A stretch of DNA of 64,000 bases from NCBI GenBank assembly GCA_018816555.1, contig JAHIVT010000071.1:898-64897 (forward strand). Reading direction: 5' to 3'. Made by a program: the position numbers and the translations under genes. The notes under the pieces were generated by a model, which was not told the DNA's origin, ran no database searches, and saw nothing but the letters and a program-made list of their open reading frames with translations. Below are positions 8,310-17,396 of the stretch, piece after piece. This DNA is from Pseudomonadota bacterium (GTDB taxonomy: Bacteria; Desulfobacterota; Desulfobulbia; Desulfobulbales; SURF-16). Numbering within the stretch: position 1 is the first letter of the stretch; each line of letters starts with the position of its first letter.

Positions 8310-10256
8310 TTACGGCAATTCATGGCAAAGGTTGCAGCCGATCACTTTCCCTTTTTTCACCGAAACAGTGCCACCTTCCTCCAGAGTAAATCTACGGTTT
8401 TCCGCCGCCCGTGACAAGACGGTGCCTCGCAGGTCTTTTCCATGGCAGGCCTGGCACCCGGCAGGATTTCCCTCATAAAATCCACTGTGATTATTATTCC
8501 AACGGCTGTCATTGACATTATGCATGCCGTGCGGTCCGTTGGTGGTTAAATTCAGCCCGCTGCCATGACAGGCAACACATTCAGTGATGGTTCCTGCATG
8601 TCCCTGGATCTCCAGGGCGGCGACATTGTCGTTTGCCTCAGCAGACGGCCAGATGGCGTGGGTGCTGCCGTGGCAGCTCTCACAGGCCAGTCCGCCGTGT
8701 CCGCGACTGTTGCGGAACAAGGTGTTATTCTGTTCGGCAAAGCGTTTATTTTCGGCAAGTAACGGCGTGGCTGCGGGATCAGCGGGATTGTATACGGTGG
8801 TCCAGCGGATCTTGCCGCCCCGATTCTGCACGGCATCACCGGTATGACACGACTGACATTTCGGCTCATCGATCCATGGAGTGCGGTCCTTGTAGGCCCC
8901 GGCCACGGCCAGCAACCCGCCATGACAATCCTGACAGACTATGCCGGCACTACCCATGGCGCCGCGCAGACACTGGGTGGTACTGCCTGGATGGCATGAG
9001 TAACAGGAGTTGGTTCCATCCTCGGGTATAATGGCCGGGTGATTGGCGTCAGGCAGAGTGCCATTCACGGTGCGGCCGTGTACTCCGTGCAGGGCAAAGG
9101 ACAACATGGGATTCACCACCTGAGCGCCTTGGGGACCGGTTCCAGCCAGATCCAGTGCAGGTGAGTAATGGCAGGAGGCGCACAGCACCGGCTTGGTGTT
9201 CATGAGATTGGTGCCGTTTTTGGCGTCGTGGAGGATGAGAATGTTTTCCCGATAGGCCAGTTCCATACCGGGCTCAACGCTCCATGACAACACGCCGTTA
9301 CTTTGCGCAGTTCGGTTATCCGCCGCCACTCCGCCGTTTGCATGGCAGTTGCTGCAGTGCATCTCTGCCGACACCGGCAGGACGATATCGGTTGTCGCCA
9401 GTCTGGCCCTGGTTTTCTTATTGACCGCAGTGATACGCATCATCGGATAATCGGCAACCCGATTGTTGTCATCGACAGCAAGAATCGGTATACCAGGGGC
9501 GGTAAACCAGTCATACCGCGGATCATACTCTGAAAAAAGCTGCTGCTTGTTGCCTGCTCCCGGCATGGTGGCCCCCAGTATGCCCTGGTTATCGGGCAGG
9601 CTCATGCCGAAAAGGTCATTGACATTATCCCAGAAATTGCTCTTGCCGATGCTGGTGGTATTAATCGAGCCACGGGTATCGGGCACCGCCCGATAGTAAA
9701 CATCCACCTGCGAATCATCGAGAATTGTCGGCTTCCCGCCCTTGCGAACCACCTGGGCGTGGATAACATTGAAAGGCGGCAACAGGGAAAATACGGAAAA
9801 ATCCCGGTCATAACAGTGCATACCCAAGTCATTGAAGGCCAAGAGCCGATAGCTGCCGGAAGATGGTGACGTGGCCGGTTCGTTCGTACATAAAGCCGGG
9901 GCGCCGGCAACCACTTTTGCAGCCACGATCTTGCCCACATTGGCGGTCACGCGGCAGGGCACGGAATTGGTTTGCGCTATTTTGACCTTCATGCTCCAAG
10001 ACCTGGATGTACGCTTGGTGGTTCTGCCGAGCACAACACCGCCCGCACTGTCTTTGATGGTGACAATATCACCGATATTGCACCTGCCCGCCAGCAACAA
10101 CAACTGTCGCTGATTGTCCCACTGCGCCTTGCTGACGGTAAGCGCAGCGGCTTCCGTTGCGACCGGCAGGGCAAAGATGGCAATCAGCAGCAGCACTTTG
10201 CAAGACATCACCATTGCCTTGCGGAAACGACAATTGACAACACCATGGTTAAACAT
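8310..10256 (-). CDS. secreted nonaheme c-type cytochrome
   Basis: Nine CXXCH motifs (CSNCH, CASCH, CYSCH, CQDCH, CQSCH, CESCH, CVACH, CQACH, CNLCH). Signal peptide KVLLLIAIFALPVATEA. Start is uncertain (10256, 10214 or 10208). Confidence 0.85.
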   Translation of the reverse strand: MFNHGVVNCRFRKAMVMSCKVLLLIAIFALPVATEAAALTVSKAQWDNQRQLLLLAGRCNIGDIVTIKDSAGGVVLGRTTKRTSRSWSMKVKIAQTNSVPCRVTANVGKIVAAKVVAGAPALCTNEPATSPSSGSYRLLAFNDLGMHCYDRDFSVFSLLPPFNVIHAQVVRKGGKPTILDDSQVDVYYRAVPDTRGSINTTSIGKSNFWDNVNDLFGMSLPDNQGILGATMPGAGNKQQLFSEYDPRYDWFTAPGIPILAVDDNNRVADYPMMRITAVNKKTRARLATTDIVLPVSAEMHCSNCHANGGVAADNRTAQSNGVLSWSVEPGMELAYRENILILHDAKNGTNLMNTKPVLCASCHYSPALDLAGTGPQGAQVVNPMLSFALHGVHGRTVNGTLPDANHPAIIPEDGTNSCYSCHPGSTTQCLRGAMGSAGIVCQDCHGGLLAVAGAYKDRTPWIDEPKCQSCHTGDAVQNRGGKIRWTTVYNPADPAATPLLAENKRFAEQNNTLFRNSRGHGGLACESCHGSTHAIWPSAEANDNVAALEIQGHAGTITECVACHGSGLNLTTNGPHGMHNVNDSRWNNNHSGFYEGNPAGCQACHGKDLRGTVLSRAAENRRFTLEEGGTVSVKKGKVIGCNLCHELP

Positions 10257-10656
10257 ACCTTAAGTTCTCCTATAGATTTTGATTGACGTTCCGGCGATTT
10301 CCTGCGCAGCAACAGACCACTGCAGGAATTTCTGATACTGATATGATAAACGTCACCTTTCTAAGGGGAGAAGGCCCAAGAAGGCAATATTGAACGGTGC
10401 GCAGAAAAAGCACAATCCCTCCCGCGCATTCCATCAAATCACACCGCAACCGCCGGCCAAAAAAATACCCTGTGTCTGCAGTCACAGAATATATATTTCA
10501 AACTGATAAAAATTACTATAACTATCAATTGTCGACAAAACAAGTAAGGGAGAAATATTTTGTCAGGCGGGAAAACAGAAGAGAAATGAGTAAGGAGTGA
10601 ATGGTCAGATAGCGGTTTAAACAGAGCGGAAATCGGGTATCAGCCGGCAATACCGT

Positions 10657-12810
10657 TCAGCGGGGGGGAACGACAGCGGACCCATTGGGTGCTTCGATCT
10701 CAATGCCCCCAAACATCTCCAGAATTTCCTTCTTGTGTTTGATGCGGCAGAATATAGTCAGCATATCTCCTTCCTGAAACACGGAACTGCTGTCGGGAGT
10801 TATCACCTCATGCAAGCGCCTGATAGCCACGATGGATGTGCTCTGGTGCAACGGCAGGTCGGCTAATTTTTTGCCCACACACTTGCTGTTCTTGCCGACA
10901 AACAGTTCAACAAAGCCGATATCTTCACCTAATCGCAGTACCATGCGTTCCCGCATGAGATACTGCTGCTGCTTGCGCATGATGCCAACCTGATAGGCCC
11001 GCAGAATATCGCTACGACTGATAAGTCCCACCAGCACATTGGGACTCTGACGGGAAACCACCGGCAGCCGCGCCAGGTCACGGGGGGCCATCTTGCGAAT
11101 GGCATACCAGATCGGCTCATCCGGAAAAACCGACACCGGATCGGGAGTAGCCACATCCCATACTGCGATATCCTTCAAAGGAATATCCTTGACCTGCAAG
11201 GTGCGATCAATATCCTGCAAGGTCCGCTCCATATCCTGCAGAGAGACCATGCCATAGAGTTTTTTATCTTTGCCCACAACTGGGAAGCCCTGCAGATGGG
11301 TCTCCTGGACAAGGGCGAACAACTCAGACAGACTCTGGTCCTTGTCCACCGTGATCGGTGCGTGATTCATCACCTCCTCCACCATAACCCCCTGCATGAT
11401 ATCCAGGTCACGGCCATGCTCGAATCGAATACCTCTCTTGGTCAGTTTGATGGTGTAGATGGAGTCGGGATGCAGCCAGTAGGCAACAAAAGATGCTGTC
11501 ATGCCGGCGGCCATAAGAGGAAGAATAAGCATATAGTCATTACTCATCTCAAAAACAATGAGCATGGCGGTCAAGGGAGCCCTGGCAGCCGCGGCAAATA
11601 CCGAGGCCATGCCGACCAGCGCGTAGGCGCCGATTTCTATAGGCAATGACGGGAAAAAATATCTCACAGCATAGCCGAAGGCGCCGCCCAGCATGGCGCC
11701 GGTGAACAGTGACGGGGCAAAAACGCCCCCTGAATTGCCTGAACCCAGGGTAAAGGAGGTTGCCAGGGGTTTCAGGAACACCAGCATCACCAGCAAACCG
11801 AAAGAAGCGTTACCTTGCAGGACCTGGGCAATAAAATCAAAACCTGAGCCGTACACGTGGGGCACATTGTCAAGCAGCGGCAGACCCAGCCTTGATTCAT
11901 CGGGAAATACCGTGAAGAGACTTGAGACATGGGGATAAAAGACGGCAAGGATACCGAGCATCAAGGCTCCCAGGGCAGGTTTGATCATCCCGGGGATCGG
12001 CAGACCGTCAAAAAAGTCCTCAAACGCATTGAGCAGGCGGATGAAAAAAATGCCGACCAGGGCGGCGAGCAGGCCGAGAATGACATAGAGCAGGATCTCC
12101 CATGACGAGTGCATGACATAAGCAGGAACAAAAAAAGCAGGTTTTCTGCCGAGAAAGAACTGACTGACAATGGAGGACGACACCGCGGCAATGACCACAT
12201 TGCCGAAAACCGCAACCTGCATTTCGCTGAGCAAAACCTCCAGGGCAAAGGTTACGCCGGCGATGGGGGCATTGAAGGTGGCGGCAATGCCTGCGGCAGC
12301 GCCGCAGGCTACCAGATTGCGGATTCGGTCATCGGAAAGACTGAGCCATTGCCCCAGAGTGGATCCCAGGGTCGATCCGACCTGCACGATGGGACCTTCC
12401 CGGCCTGCCGACCCGCCGGAGCCGATGCACAGAGCGGAGGCAACAATCTTGGCCACCGCCACCCGGGGCCTGATCCTGCCGCCGCGCTGGATCAGGGCCT
12501 GCATCACTTCGGGTACACCGTGACCTTTGGCTTCGCTGGCAAAACAAGAAATGACCGGTCCGCCCAGCAAGGCTCCGACAACAGGAATGATCACAAACCA
12601 TAACCTGCCCAGTTCCGGCAGTAATCCGGTAATCTTCCCATAGGAAAGCTGATGGATAAAAGAGATGAGCTCTATAAAGCAGACGGCGGCCAGACCGGTG
12701 GCCGCCCCAACGACAATGGACAGGAGGAGCAGCACCACACCTTCCCGTGGCGCCAGTCGGTCTAGAAGTTTGGAAAAAAAATGACTCTTTATACTTTGGG
12801 GTAAAAGCAT
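10657..12810 (-). CDS. ClC-family voltage-gated chloride channel/antiporter with C-terminal CBS pair and TrkA-C (RCK_C) domain
   Basis: Motifs GSGGSAGREGP, GSGNSGGVFAPSL and GKGHGVPEV. CBS-like repeats, then a C-terminal segment VGKKLADLPL...VAIRR...GDMLTIF. Confidence 0.9.
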   Translation of the reverse strand: MLLPQSIKSHFFSKLLDRLAPREGVVLLLLSIVVGAATGLAAVCFIELISFIHQLSYGKITGLLPELGRLWFVIIPVVGALLGGPVISCFASEAKGHGVPEVMQALIQRGGRIRPRVAVAKIVASALCIGSGGSAGREGPIVQVGSTLGSTLGQWLSLSDDRIRNLVACGAAAGIAATFNAPIAGVTFALEVLLSEMQVAVFGNVVIAAVSSSIVSQFFLGRKPAFFVPAYVMHSSWEILLYVILGLLAALVGIFFIRLLNAFEDFFDGLPIPGMIKPALGALMLGILAVFYPHVSSLFTVFPDESRLGLPLLDNVPHVYGSGFDFIAQVLQGNASFGLLVMLVFLKPLATSFTLGSGNSGGVFAPSLFTGAMLGGAFGYAVRYFFPSLPIEIGAYALVGMASVFAAAARAPLTAMLIVFEMSNDYMLILPLMAAGMTASFVAYWLHPDSIYTIKLTKRGIRFEHGRDLDIMQGVMVEEVMNHAPITVDKDQSLSELFALVQETHLQGFPVVGKDKKLYGMVSLQDMERTLQDIDRTLQVKDIPLKDIAVWDVATPDPVSVFPDEPIWYAIRKMAPRDLARLPVVSRQSPNVLVGLISRSDILRAYQVGIMRKQQQYLMRERMVLRLGEDIGFVELFVGKNSKCVGKKLADLPLHQSTSIVAIRRLHEVITPDSSSVFQEGDMLTIFCRIKHKKEILEMFGGIEIEAPNGSAVVPPR

Positions 12811-13294
12811 GTCATTGCAAAAAAACGAGAGAATCCATTAAAATTTCCAGGGGGATGCATATGTTACAGGTACGTTACTAAGAAATCAACCCGGGCGCCA
12901 GAAAGAAATAATCTTCAGGGAAAATTTCCTGCCAGCAATATACAGGTTGATGAAAAAACTGATTCTTTTCCCCTCTTCCCTGCCAAATTTGTTGATAGCG
13001 CAAAGAGGATCTATTATTTAAAGACCATCAGCACCGGCATCGTCAGAAAATGATGTCCGAGAGACGGCCAGGGAGCGCCATACTCCGCCTGCAGCAGCGA
13101 TTTTTTAAAAATCAACAGCAACTGCAGCCGGTCAGCCACATCCTGGTTGAAGCCACACCGCGTAGGATCGGGCCATGCCCGCGACCTTGGGTATTGCGAA
13201 AACACAGTTATCGGCGGGCATGGCCTGCTCCGGCGAAATGCTATGTAAAACATCTATTGCTCAGGTTGAAGTTGCCTGGAAGGAGGTTACGCCC

Positions 13295-14029
13295 ATGAGT
13301 TTCGTTTCCCGTTTTTTTGCCGGCAATGACGGTCTGACCAGGGCAGCGTTGAATTCTCCGGCCATTGCCATGGGGTCCATGGACCGTCAGGCAGTGCGGC
13401 TCATCCAGATGGCACTGGTGGCCCTGGGACACCCCATGCCGCGTTCCACAAAACCCTACGGCACCCTTGCCGGCATTTTCGGCTCGGAAACCCACAAGGG
13501 CGTTGCGGCCTATCAGCAGAAAAACGGTCTTTCCGCGGATGGAGTGGTGGGCAAGAATACCATAGGCAGAATGGACGGCCAGGTGGCGAATGTTCTTCCC
13601 GACCCGCCGACCAATCCGGATCTGAAACTGCCGACAAGCTACTATATTCCGCGACCGGTGGAGCGTTTGCGCCAGCCGGACAGCGCATCCTGCTGGGCCA
13701 CGTCGGCGACCATTCTTGAAAAATGGAATCATCCTGAGAAATTCAACAAGTATATCAATGAATGGCCGGTGCCGGAACAGATCGAGTTGGTGTTGACCGA
13801 GGCAGGCAAGAACGTAGGCGGCCGGCCCCCGGATTATTTTGTCAAACAATTCCAGGCCCAAAGAGGGCTACGCACCGACGATAACGAGCTGCTTTTCCAG
13901 CAGGGCCTCAAATTCACCAAGTTTACCCCGCCCATGAGCCGCTTTTCCGAAAGGACTGATCAGAAGAGAACTATTGGGAAATGGCTGAAAGTCACTGGTA
14001 ATCAGTATTTTTTTTACAGTTCCAGATAA
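13295..14029 (+). CDS. PG_binding_1-domain protein with C-terminal Q-x5-CW cysteine-peptidase-like motif
   Basis: GGAAGGAGG RBS before ATG 13295. Peptidoglycan-binding repeat AVRLIQMALVALGH...AAYQQKNGLSADGVVGKNTIGRMD. RLRQPDSASCWATS has papain-like Q/C spacing. The 3' end overlaps the convergent gene by 16 nt. Confidence 0.55.
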   Translation: MSFVSRFFAGNDGLTRAALNSPAIAMGSMDRQAVRLIQMALVALGHPMPRSTKPYGTLAGIFGSETHKGVAAYQQKNGLSADGVVGKNTIGRMDGQVANVLPDPPTNPDLKLPTSYYIPRPVERLRQPDSASCWATSATILEKWNHPEKFNKYINEWPVPEQIELVLTEAGKNVGGRPPDYFVKQFQAQRGLRTDDNELLFQQGLKFTKFTPPMSRFSERTDQKRTIGKWLKVTGNQYFFYSSR

Positions 14030-15105
14030 AAAGTAGCTCCCTTGCCCGGCCCGGGGCTTTCAGCCCACTGCTTGCCGCCCAAGGCGTTCACCAGGATGCC
14101 CGCCAGGGGGAGATTGAGGCCAAAGCCGGTCGGTCGGCGTTTTTCAGGCTCCAGTACAAAGGCCTTGAAAATATCTTCCAGATCCACCGCGTCAATACCT
14201 TTACCGAAATCGGCTACGGATATTCTTGTTTTGCCGTTATGGCTCACGGCATCAAGGACGATTTCCCCTCCGGGATTTGAAAAGCTGATGGCATTGTCGA
14301 TAAAGGCACCCAGCACCCGCTCGACATATTCGGGATCCGTCTTGACCGTAATCCCCGGACTGACGCGGTCATCAACCGTGACCGGACGCGCGGCCAACGC
14401 ACTCTTCCTGCCGGCAAGCAGGCCGGAGATGATGTCCTTCAAAGCGATCTGCCGCATGTCGGGCTTAAGGTTACTGCCCGCCAGCCCGAAATAGGTCAGC
14501 AGGGTCTCCGCCAGTTTCTGGATACGATCGAGGGGGGAGTTGATTTCGTTGGTGAGATAGATAAGAAAGGACATCTTGTTGCCGTCCAGCTGTTTGACCC
14601 GCTCATGGGCCTTGACCAACTGGGCTGTCCTCTCCTGAACCATCTTCTCCAGATTTTCACTGTAATTTTTCAGCTCAATATTCTGCCTTTCCAGGGTCAG
14701 CTTGAGCATCCTGTTTTCTATACCCTTCTCAATAACATTGAGCAGCTGCTGCTGGTTGACGGGTTTAAAAAGAAAATTGAAGATGTGCCCTTCGTTGATG
14801 GCCCGGACAATATCATTTTTCTCCGCCTGGCCGGACAGGACAACCTTGCACACATCCGGATGTTTCTTATGCAGCAGACTGAGCAGCACGCTGCCCCGCA
14901 TTTCCGGCATGAGCTCATCGCAGATAATGAGATCCACCTGATTATTGTCAACAAAATCCTCAACTTCTTCCGGATTTTCAAAGGTATGAACGTTATACCT
15001 GCGCTTGAGCAATATCTTGAGCTCAGTGAGAATTGGACGTTCGTCGTCCACAATCACCACGGTGTATTTCTCGTTGTTGTCCCGAGACATTATTTCAAAA
15101 TTCAT
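14014..15105 (-). CDS. response-regulator receiver fused to histidine-kinase-like module lacking the phospho-acceptor His
   Basis: REC domain: VVIVDDE...DLIICDELMPEMRG...KVVLSGQ. The H-box position reads SFLIYLTNEINSPL, with Asn186 (14548-14550) where His is expected. HATPase_c motifs DFGKGID and GFGLNLPLAG...GKGATFYLEL. Confidence 0.8.
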   Translation of the reverse strand: MNFEIMSRDNNEKYTVVIVDDERPILTELKILLKRRYNVHTFENPEEVEDFVDNNQVDLIICDELMPEMRGSVLLSLLHKKHPDVCKVVLSGQAEKNDIVRAINEGHIFNFLFKPVNQQQLLNVIEKGIENRMLKLTLERQNIELKNYSENLEKMVQERTAQLVKAHERVKQLDGNKMSFLIYLTNEINSPLDRIQKLAETLLTYFGLAGSNLKPDMRQIALKDIISGLLAGRKSALAARPVTVDDRVSPGITVKTDPEYVERVLGAFIDNAISFSNPGGEIVLDAVSHNGKTRISVADFGKGIDAVDLEDIFKAFVLEPEKRRPTGFGLNLPLAGILVNALGGKQWAESPGPGKGATFYLEL

Positions 15106-15210
15106 AGGGATCTTTCCCCTCCTTGTCGGCGCGGGCTTCAGTCACCCCGCGCAGAAAATTTACCCTGTTTCCGTCAATAAAACCGGCACGAAAAAAAATC
15201 CGCCTGGCAT

Positions 15211-17370
15211 TTACACAAAAAGACGCACGGTAAAGCATGCCCCCTTGCCTGCCTCACTTTCAGCAATAATCTCCCCTCCGTGGGTATCAATGATCCGGTG
15301 GCAGAGATTCAGGCCAAGGCCGGTGCCGCTGCCGATATCCTTTGTGGTAAAAAACGGGTCGAAAATCTTATTGATGATTTCCTTATTGATGCCAATGCCA
15401 TTATCCTCGAAGCGGACTTCGATGCATTTTCTCTTGACGTTGTGATTGGTGGTAATAACGACTCGTCCTTCTTTCTTGGACAAACCCTTTTCCTTGATGG
15501 CATCCCGGGCATTCATGATGAGATTCATGAACACCTGGCCCATTTCCTGCGCCAGTCCCTGAAAGGACGGCAGATGGGGGGCAAGATTCTTGACGATCTC
15601 CAGATCGTACTTAACCTGATTATGGGTGAGCACCACCGCATCGCTGACAATGGTATTCAGATCGCAGGAACTGAAAACCTCCTCACTGTGGGCCATGCGC
15701 TTGGTACTTTTGACGATATGGTCGATCCGCTCAACCGACTGAATGTTGCGGTTGGCGATGTCATCGATCCCTTCCAGGACAAGATCCATATCAAGTTCGG
15801 CCATCAGGCGCCGTATACGTTCTCTCTCCTCAGGCAGTTGGGACGGATCGGCTTGCAGATATTTCTGCAGCTCTTTGAGCAGTTGTTTCACATATTCGAT
15901 ATTCATCTTCAACCCGTCCATGGAAAAACTGATGGCCTGGGAGGGGTTGTTGATCTCATGGGCGATGCCGGCAACCATGGTACCCAGCGAGGCAAGCTTC
16001 TCCTGCTTGATGATACGGGCCTGGCTTTCCAGCAGGGCATCCTTGGCCATATTGCGTTCGGTGATATCCCGCACCATGGCGATAAAGAGGTGTTTCGGGC
16101 CGCGGAACATCTCGCTCAAGGAGATCTCCAGCGCGAAGTTTGCCCCGTCCTTTCTTTCCCCGGTCAGCTCAATGGGGGTGCCCATGGCTTTCACCAACAG
16201 GGGAGTGACAACCTGGTCCGTTATTTCCGCTTTCTTTTCATCGTCAGAAGCCTTCACTAGAGTGCCGATATGCCGGCCCAGCATCTCCGCCTGGGAATAA
16301 TTGAACATTCGCGAAGCAGCTGAGTTGCACGATTCAATCCGCCACTGTTCATTTAGGGTAATCAGGCCATCGAACATGTTTTCGATGATTGACCGCACCC
16401 GGATCTCAGCCTGCTCCCGTTCGCGAATGGATTCCGACAGGCGCTTGACGCCGAGAAAGGTGCCCATCAGGCCGAGAAACCAGAGGGTACCATGGGCCAT
16501 GCAGAAGGTGAAAATATCCTGCTTGGACATGGCGAGCAACGGTGCCATGGGAATGGAGACGCTGATCCCGCCGCCGATGTCGCCCTTTCTGTAGCCCTGG
16601 GCAGAGGGATGGCATTCCTGGCAGCTTGGGTCCGCATGCATGGGACGCATGAGACGCAGATACTTTTCTCCGTTGATTTCCTCAATGGTATGCGCGTCAT
16701 CACTGCCGTCCTCAAAGGTTTTCAGGGCAGCAGCCTCCCATGGATCCGGGGCGTTTTCCGGACGAAGCGGATCAAGACTCGTCATATGGCCGTATGGACC
16801 GTCGCCCTTGGTGCGCTTTTCATAGACCAGGCGGATCATCTGCTCCGGGTTGACCAGGGTCAGGCGCTTGCCCGCGTCCGTGGTGCCCCGGTGGGCAGGG
16901 ATGTTCTTCAGGTATGGGTTCGGTTGTGTTTTTTCATCTATCGGCACAAAGACTCCCTGATGGCTGGTGGCCCAGTTATAAAACATCAGGTCTTCGTCAA
17001 AAACCGTGGCAGCCTCGACCAGGGCTATCTTGGTTGTTCTCTGTTTGTGCAGAGTGATATTCCATGCCAGCGAGGCAAAGACAATAATTGTCCAGATGGC
17101 TGCCAGCTGCCACCCATATCGGCCGATTCCCTCGTAATTGATCTCTTTTTCGACCTTGATCTCATGATGTTTGCGCAAATAGCGCTCGATGACGATGAAA
17201 AGAGGGAGGGTGAATAGACAGGTGGTGCCGCCGACTATGAAATGCTCCACGTCAAAATAGTGGATATCCGGATGGATGATCAGGTCCGTCAGCGAGCTGA
17301 GATTACCCAGCAGGACGATGATCATCAGATAAAACAACCCTCTGTATTTTAGTGGATTCATATCCCGCAT
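15211..17370 (-). CDS. membrane sensor histidine kinase with periplasmic heme-c domain (CXXCH; recalled as DUF3365/Tll0287-like), PAS, HisKA, HATPase_c
   Basis: Heme motif DPSCQECHPSAQGYRKGDIGGGISVSIPM. PAS region LITLNEQWRIESCNSAA. H-box MVAGIAHEINNP. GTGLGLNLCHRIIDTHGG. Confidence 0.85.
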   Translation of the reverse strand: MRDMNPLKYRGLFYLMIIVLLGNLSSLTDLIIHPDIHYFDVEHFIVGGTTCLFTLPLFIVIERYLRKHHEIKVEKEINYEGIGRYGWQLAAIWTIIVFASLAWNITLHKQRTTKIALVEAATVFDEDLMFYNWATSHQGVFVPIDEKTQPNPYLKNIPAHRGTTDAGKRLTLVNPEQMIRLVYEKRTKGDGPYGHMTSLDPLRPENAPDPWEAAALKTFEDGSDDAHTIEEINGEKYLRLMRPMHADPSCQECHPSAQGYRKGDIGGGISVSIPMAPLLAMSKQDIFTFCMAHGTLWFLGLMGTFLGVKRLSESIREREQAEIRVRSIIENMFDGLITLNEQWRIESCNSAASRMFNYSQAEMLGRHIGTLVKASDDEKKAEITDQVVTPLLVKAMGTPIELTGERKDGANFALEISLSEMFRGPKHLFIAMVRDITERNMAKDALLESQARIIKQEKLASLGTMVAGIAHEINNPSQAISFSMDGLKMNIEYVKQLLKELQKYLQADPSQLPEERERIRRLMAELDMDLVLEGIDDIANRNIQSVERIDHIVKSTKRMAHSEEVFSSCDLNTIVSDAVVLTHNQVKYDLEIVKNLAPHLPSFQGLAQEMGQVFMNLIMNARDAIKEKGLSKKEGRVVITTNHNVKRKCIEVRFEDNGIGINKEIINKIFDPFFTTKDIGSGTGLGLNLCHRIIDTHGGEIIAESEAGKGACFTVRLFV

Positions 17371-17396
17371 ACCTGACAGATTTCCCCCCAGCTTCC

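Noticed and set aside
10645-10660. Exact 16-nt repeat CGGCAATACCGTTCAG, present at 10645-10660 and 27532-27547, in both cases at a gene 3' end.
   Set aside because: About one exact 16-mer coincidence is expected by chance in 64 kb on both strands. The flanks do not extend the match and no structure is associated with it.
12811-12990. Possible fluoride riboswitch upstream of the ClC gene.
   Set aside because: This ClC carries CBS and TrkA-C domains, so it is not the ClC-F type. I could not find the conserved crcB-motif elements in the leader.
10257-13294. Search for sigma-54 promoters (TGGCAC-N5-TTGC) near the EBP operon, the cytochrome gene and the PG-binding gene.
   Set aside because: Only partial matches with wrong spacing were found, for example CGCACC...ATTGC at about 10384-10404 on the minus strand and TGGCAT...GTAAG at about 20003-20018. 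Nothing was good enough to report.
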